A stretch of DNA of 57,032 nt, taken from the NCBI GenBank assembly GCA_046545675.1, contig JBKGZI010000001.1:1-57032 (forward strand), written 5' to 3'. Made by a program: the position numbers and the translations under genes. This stretch comes from Persicimonas sp. Lineage in GTDB: Bacteria > Myxococcota_A > Bradymonadia > Bradymonadales > Bradymonadaceae. The notes beneath the pieces are model-generated. The model saw only the letters and a program-made list of their open reading frames with translations. It did not search any database and was not told where the DNA came from. Positions 53,875 through 57,032 of this stretch are shown piece by piece; within the stretch, counting starts at the first letter, position 1; each line of letters starts with the position of its first letter.

Positions 53875-54788
53875 GTACCGCAGAGGACTCATCACAGCCA
53901 CACTCATCGGGGCCACGTCGGGCCGGTCTGCCGCCCGCCGGGGCCGAGCAGGCCGCCCGCGAGCGCATCCCTCAGATCGCCGACGTCGCCGAAAACCAGG
54001 GCTGGTACGGCGCGTGGATGCTGTTTCGCAAGGAGATCAAGCGCTTCTGGAATATCGCCGGCCAGACGGTCATCAGCCCGGTGGTGACCACGATGCTGTA
54101 TTTTCTGGTCTTCGGCTACTCGCTCGGCGATAGGCTCGCAGAGGTCCAGGGCATCCCCTATGTCGACTTCTTGGTGCCCGGCCTGGTCATGCTCTCGCTG
54201 ATCAACAACGCCTTTATCAACTCGGCGTTCTCGTTCTTCATCAACAAGATCCACGGCACGCTCGTCGACATCCTGGTCACGCCGCTGACCCACGCCCAGT
54301 TGATGTTCGGCTATACCGCCGCCTCGATCGTGCGGGCGGTGCTCATCGGGGCGATCATCTGGGTGGTTGCGGTGGCGATGGGCGCCGATCAGGTCATCGC
54401 CACGATGACCGGGCCCGGCGCGTTCCTACACCTGGGCATCACGCTGTCGTTTATGGTCCTGACGGCGCTGGCGTTCGCATTCATCGGCCTGGATATCGCC
54501 ATCGTCGGCGAGGACTTCGACCACATCAATCTGCTGCCGAACTTCCTGATCACGCCGCTGACTTTTCTGGGCGGCGTCTTCTACTCCATCGAGATGCTGC
54601 CCGAGCCCTGGGACTTGGTCTCGAAGTTCAACCCCATCCTCTACATGGTCAACGGGCTGCGCTACGGCATGACCGGCGTGAGCGACGTGCCCCTTTGGCA
54701 CGGCTACCTGGTCGTCATCGGTCTGAACGTGGTCTTCGGGTCGATCGCGTGGTGGCTGTTGTCGACCGGTAAGAAGATTCGCGAGTGA
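53871..54788 (+). CDS. ABC-2-type transporter permease
   Basis: GTG start overlapping the upstream stop. Six hydrophobic helices typical of ABC-2 exporters. Cytoplasmic N-terminal extension. Confidence 0.8.
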   Translation: MSTAEDSSQPHSSGPRRAGLPPAGAEQAARERIPQIADVAENQGWYGAWMLFRKEIKRFWNIAGQTVISPVVTTMLYFLVFGYSLGDRLAEVQGIPYVDFLVPGLVMLSLINNAFINSAFSFFINKIHGTLVDILVTPLTHAQLMFGYTAASIVRAVLIGAIIWVVAVAMGADQVIATMTGPGAFLHLGITLSFMVLTALAFAFIGLDIAIVGEDFDHINLLPNFLITPLTFLGGVFYSIEMLPEPWDLVSKFNPILYMVNGLRYGMTGVSDVPLWHGYLVVIGLNVVFGSIAWWLLSTGKKIRE

Positions 54789-54795
54789 ACCCGGC

Positions 54796-55386
54796 TTACC
54801 AGTTCATCGGCTCGGCCGGGCGGCGTGTGGCTAACTCAGCAATGAACTCGTCAGAAGCTCCCTTGAGGGTGAAAGTGCCCTGGGAATGACCCACTGCGCG
54901 AAGGGACGGGTTAGCGAAGTAGAACGTCGCGATCAGCGCGACCACGAAGGTGACGCCGCTGAGCGTGAAGATCGGCATGCTATCGAGATACCCGCTAAGG
55001 ATCGTCCCCAACATTGCGACTACCGTGACCCCTGCGGCGATCCAGACGCGTTTGCTGCGTTCGGCCACGCAGTTTCGGCATAGCGAATAAGTCGCCTCCA
55101 ACTTCTTTCTGAGCACTAAGTGCAAGATGATCAAAATGAACAGATTGAGGAAGATGGTCAGTAAAATCCACTTGGGCGCGTAGTAGATCTTCTTTTCGTA
55201 CTTCTCGGCGCCCTCGTCATGCGAGCCACATGTCAGGCAAAGAGTCGATGGGAGGATGACTGGAGACGTCGCGTGGAGTTTGCCGGCTACGACTTCAAAA
55301 TTCAGGCCCTTCGAGTCAGCCGCAACGTCGGTGACCGGTGCGCTGGGCGGGGCGTAAAAATTATCGTCCGGCACGATGAACCTCAC
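54796..55386 (-). CDS. Hypothetical membrane protein with CxxC...CxxC pair
   Basis: GTG start. CLTCG ... CRNCV flank the first of three hydrophobic helices. Visibly lower GC than neighbouring genes. No family recognised. Confidence 0.5.
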   Translation of the reverse strand: MRFIVPDDNFYAPPSAPVTDVAADSKGLNFEVVAGKLHATSPVILPSTLCLTCGSHDEGAEKYEKKIYYAPKWILLTIFLNLFILIILHLVLRKKLEATYSLCRNCVAERSKRVWIAAGVTVVAMLGTILSGYLDSMPIFTLSGVTFVVALIATFYFANPSLRAVGHSQGTFTLKGASDEFIAELATRRPAEPMNW

Positions 55387-55601
55387 GGCATTGGGAGAAC
55401 GTGCCGGCGGACAGGAAAGGCCAGTCGGTCAGCCGAAAAGAGTCCCCGCAATGGTGCACGTCGAGAAGTCGTTTATTGATTTTTACTGGGCGGGCGCGGT
55501 TCTCGTCAACTGGAGCGCAATCGAAACGTCTTGGTACTTCTCTTCGGAGCCAGCCCATTAGGGCGGAACTCGTTGCACAGCGGTAGGGCCGCGGTAAAAC
55601 A

Positions 55602-55698
55602 CAAGACCCCTGCCGGTTTATCCGGCAGGTGAACCAGCTTGAGCGGGCTACCCGCAGCCGGCCCACCCCCCAACCCCCTGCCGGTTTATCCGGCAACC
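55602..55698 (-). repeat. Hairpin-repeat pair A1/A2 (68-bp period); the minus strand reads GGTTCACCTGCCGGATAAACCGGCAGGGGTCTTG
   Basis: A1 is 55602-55635, with a perfect 7-bp stem CTGCCGG/CCGGCAG and a 5-nt loop. A2 is 55671-55698 and shares CCCCTGCCGGTTTATCCGGCA exactly. The CTGCCGG starts are at 55610 and 55678. Confidence 0.8.
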
Positions 55699-56065
55699 TC
55701 GTCAAAAAAGTCAGAATTCTCCCCAACTGACCCACCATGGGATCCGAAATCCCGCCCCCAAAAACCAACCAAGACATACCTCAGCAGGGCCTCCGCTACC
55801 CCCTCTCGTGTGCCTTCTGGAGGGGTTGGCCAGGCCGGGGTAGTCGTCTGATACGGTGCGCAGTCCGTGAGGCTCACTTGTTTTAATTGCACGCGACGCT
55901 GGGTGAGACGTCACGTGTGGAACTCGCGTCGCGTGTTTGTGCGAGGCGAGCCTTCCCTGGAGCCCTCATTATAGTTATCGGGGATTTCGGCAAATCGTTG
56001 CGAAATATTTTGAAAATCGCACCGTGAGGAGGTGCGAGAGGGGGCTCGCGCTGTAGCTCATTCAA

Positions 56066-56213
56066 GCGTATTCACCGGCGGGATAAACCGCGCCGGGGCC
56101 TTGAGGGACGGATCTGACCACTAGCTTAGCCAGGCGTATTCACCGGTGGGATAAACCGCGCCAGGGTCTTCCGGGCAGCCAGGCGGAGATGGTCCGGCAC
56201 CGGTTATCCGCGC
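56066..56213 (+). repeat. Hairpin-repeat pair B1/B2 (68-bp period) plus a truncated third copy; homologous to A1/A2 in inverse orientation
   Basis: B1 is 56066-56103, GCGTATTCACCGGCGGGATAAACCGCGCCGGGGCCTTG. B2 is 56134-56171, GCGTATTCACCGGTGGGATAAACCGCGCCAGGGTCTTC (34/38 identical). The truncated copy CACCGGTTATCCGCGC is at 56198-56213. Confidence 0.8.
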
Positions 56214-56385
56214 TCAACCGACTGGTTTCGATTGCTCACCGTCACCTGGAGTTGACCGAGGCGGTTGTGTGGCCAGTGATTGATGTCTAGTTTCTGGCAG
56301 GCAGTAGGTTTGTCCGATACGCTCGAAATACACAATCGGTGGGCGACGCAACGCTGCCCACGTCTTAGATAAGAGGTCCCCGAAT

Positions 56386-56760
56386 ATGAAACTCTCGATC
56401 CTTTTGACTCTCGTCGGCGGTCTGTTGCTCCTGGGCCTGGTCGGCTGCGAGAAGTCGCGCGCCGATTACCGCGATGACATCGCCGGGTCGGTTTGCGACC
56501 AGATGCGCGACTGCGAGGCGTTCGGCCCCGACGGCGAATTCGCCGACTACGACGATTGCCTGACCGAAGTGAAGAGCACCTACAACGATATGTGGCCGGC
56601 CGACGAGTGCGGCGGTGGGCGTATCGACGCGCAGGCCTTTGAACAGTGCAAGAGCCGGGCGGTGGCCAACGCCTGTGACGAGAATATCCTCGACGCGCTC
56701 AGCTTTCGGCTCGAGTGCGGCGCCGACGATGTCTGCACCGCCGAGCCCAAAGAGAAGTAG
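56386..56760 (+). CDS. Small Cys-rich lipoprotein
   Basis: ATG at 56386 with AAGAGG upstream. Signal plus lipobox (LTLVGGLLLLGLVGC|E). 8 further Cys. Followed by a strong terminator. Confidence 0.6.
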   Translation: MKLSILLTLVGGLLLLGLVGCEKSRADYRDDIAGSVCDQMRDCEAFGPDGEFADYDDCLTEVKSTYNDMWPADECGGGRIDAQAFEQCKSRAVANACDENILDALSFRLECGADDVCTAEPKEK

Positions 56761-56794
56761 AACCATCGACGAGAGCCACACAAGAACGAAAAAA

Positions 56795-56829
56795 GCCGCG
56801 CCGAAATGAATCGGCGCGGCTTTTTTTTT
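56795..56829. terminator. Bidirectional Rho-independent terminator
   Basis: AAAAA-GCCGCGCCGA-AATGAA-TCGGCGCGGC-TTTTTTTTT: a 10-bp GC stem flanked by an A-tract and a T-tract. It sits between the plus-strand lipoprotein gene and the 3' end of the minus-strand tRNA. Confidence 0.85.
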
Positions 56830-56833
56830 GCAG

Positions 56834-56907
56834 TAGCGGGGGCAGGATTCGAACCTGCGGCCTTCGGGTTATGAGCCCGACGAGCTACCTGGCTGCTCCA
56901 CCCCGCA
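56834..56907 (-). tRNA. tRNA-Met (CAU), initiator type
   Basis: The reverse complement folds as a cloverleaf: TGCGGGG-TG-GAGC-AGCCAGGTA-GCTC-G-TCGGG-CTCATAA-CCCGA-AGGCC-GCAGG-TTCGAAT-CCTGC-CCCCGCT-A. Initiator hallmarks are three G:C pairs closing the anticodon stem, A11:U24, and an unpaired 1:72 (U/U). CCA is not encoded. Confidence 0.9.
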
Positions 56908-56979
56908 ACAAGACCCCGAAGGGTCTAATTCTGTATAATTTTCAAAGAGATGCGGACGCTGTCAAAACAGCGTGCTGAG

Positions 56980-57032
56980 TAGCGGGGGCAGGATTCGAAC
57001 CTGCGGCCTTCGGGTTATGAGCCCGACGAGCT
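56980..57032 (-). tRNA. Second, identical initiator-type tRNA-Met copy (5' part cut by the window end)
   Basis: The 53 nt from 56980 are identical to 56834-56886. The two copies are separated by a 72-bp spacer. Confidence 0.85.

Noticed and set aside
55739-55760. GGGATCCGAAATCCCGCCCCCA resembles the T-arm plus 3' acceptor strand of the neighbouring tRNA-fMet (GGTTCGAATCCTGCCCCCGCTA).
   Set aside because: It is in the opposite orientation to the real tRNAs. There is no matching 5' acceptor strand, D-arm or anticodon arm upstream. It contains an indel and two mismatches. It is not a tRNA gene and not a correctly oriented att-type direct repeat.
55387-56065. I looked for a known structured RNA (RNase P, tmRNA, SRP, 6S) and for small ORFs (55361-55777(-), 55639-55851(+), 55686-55914(-), 55883-56065(-)) in the gene-free region.
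   Set aside because: No hallmark sequences were seen (for example the GAGGAAAGTCC of RNase P or the tRNA-like ends of tmRNA). The ORFs have no RBS and have Pro/Arg/Gly-rich low-information translations. A covariance-model scan is still needed.

Overview
This is a GC-rich bacterial chromosomal segment. Almost every real gene is shadowed by long antisense or off-frame ORFs in the six-frame track. All family calls below come from reading motifs by eye; no database search was run.

I can support about 41 protein genes, two tandem initiator-type tRNA-Met genes (the second cut by the window end), two clear intrinsic terminators and a few promoter or operator candidates.

The gene content suggests a Myxococcota/Bradymonadia-like deltaproteobacterium, but this is inference only. 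It includes a Myxococcus-style type IV pilus block, two Hanks-type Ser/Thr kinases, an FHA-GAF-HD-GYP protein and many acidic or Cys-rich lipoproteins. The pilus block (minus strand) reads pilB-pilT-pilC-pilS-pilR-minor pilin-pilA, then a GT-C/TPR protein, then a pilG/H/I-like ABC module. Housekeeping genes are mgtE (5' partial), mutY, moeA and a LolC/E-type permease.

The items most worth a second look:
1. A gene-free 1-kb region (55.4-56.4 kb) next to the tRNAs holds two outward-facing pairs of a ~36-nt hairpin repeat. Both pairs have an identical 68-bp period, which is CRISPR-like geometry, but no cas genes are in view.
2. A 12.7-copy GAACCAA heptanucleotide microsatellite sits in a divergent promoter region (21232-21320).
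3. A TMTC/PMT-like GT-C glycosyltransferase lies directly after pilA, and a radical-SAM/GT4/SDR/GT2/MTase-fold operon lies directly upstream of pilB. Together they suggest a polyprenyl-phosphate-sugar route for periplasmic (pilin?) glycosylation.
4. Several enzymes have conspicuously degenerate catalytic motifs. A ClpA-like unfoldase has an altered D2 Walker A and B. A nitrilase-fold lipoprotein has Ser at the nucleophile Cys position. A kinase-linked AAA region has no P-loop lysine.

Nothing here is an obvious mobile element, prophage or known defence system.
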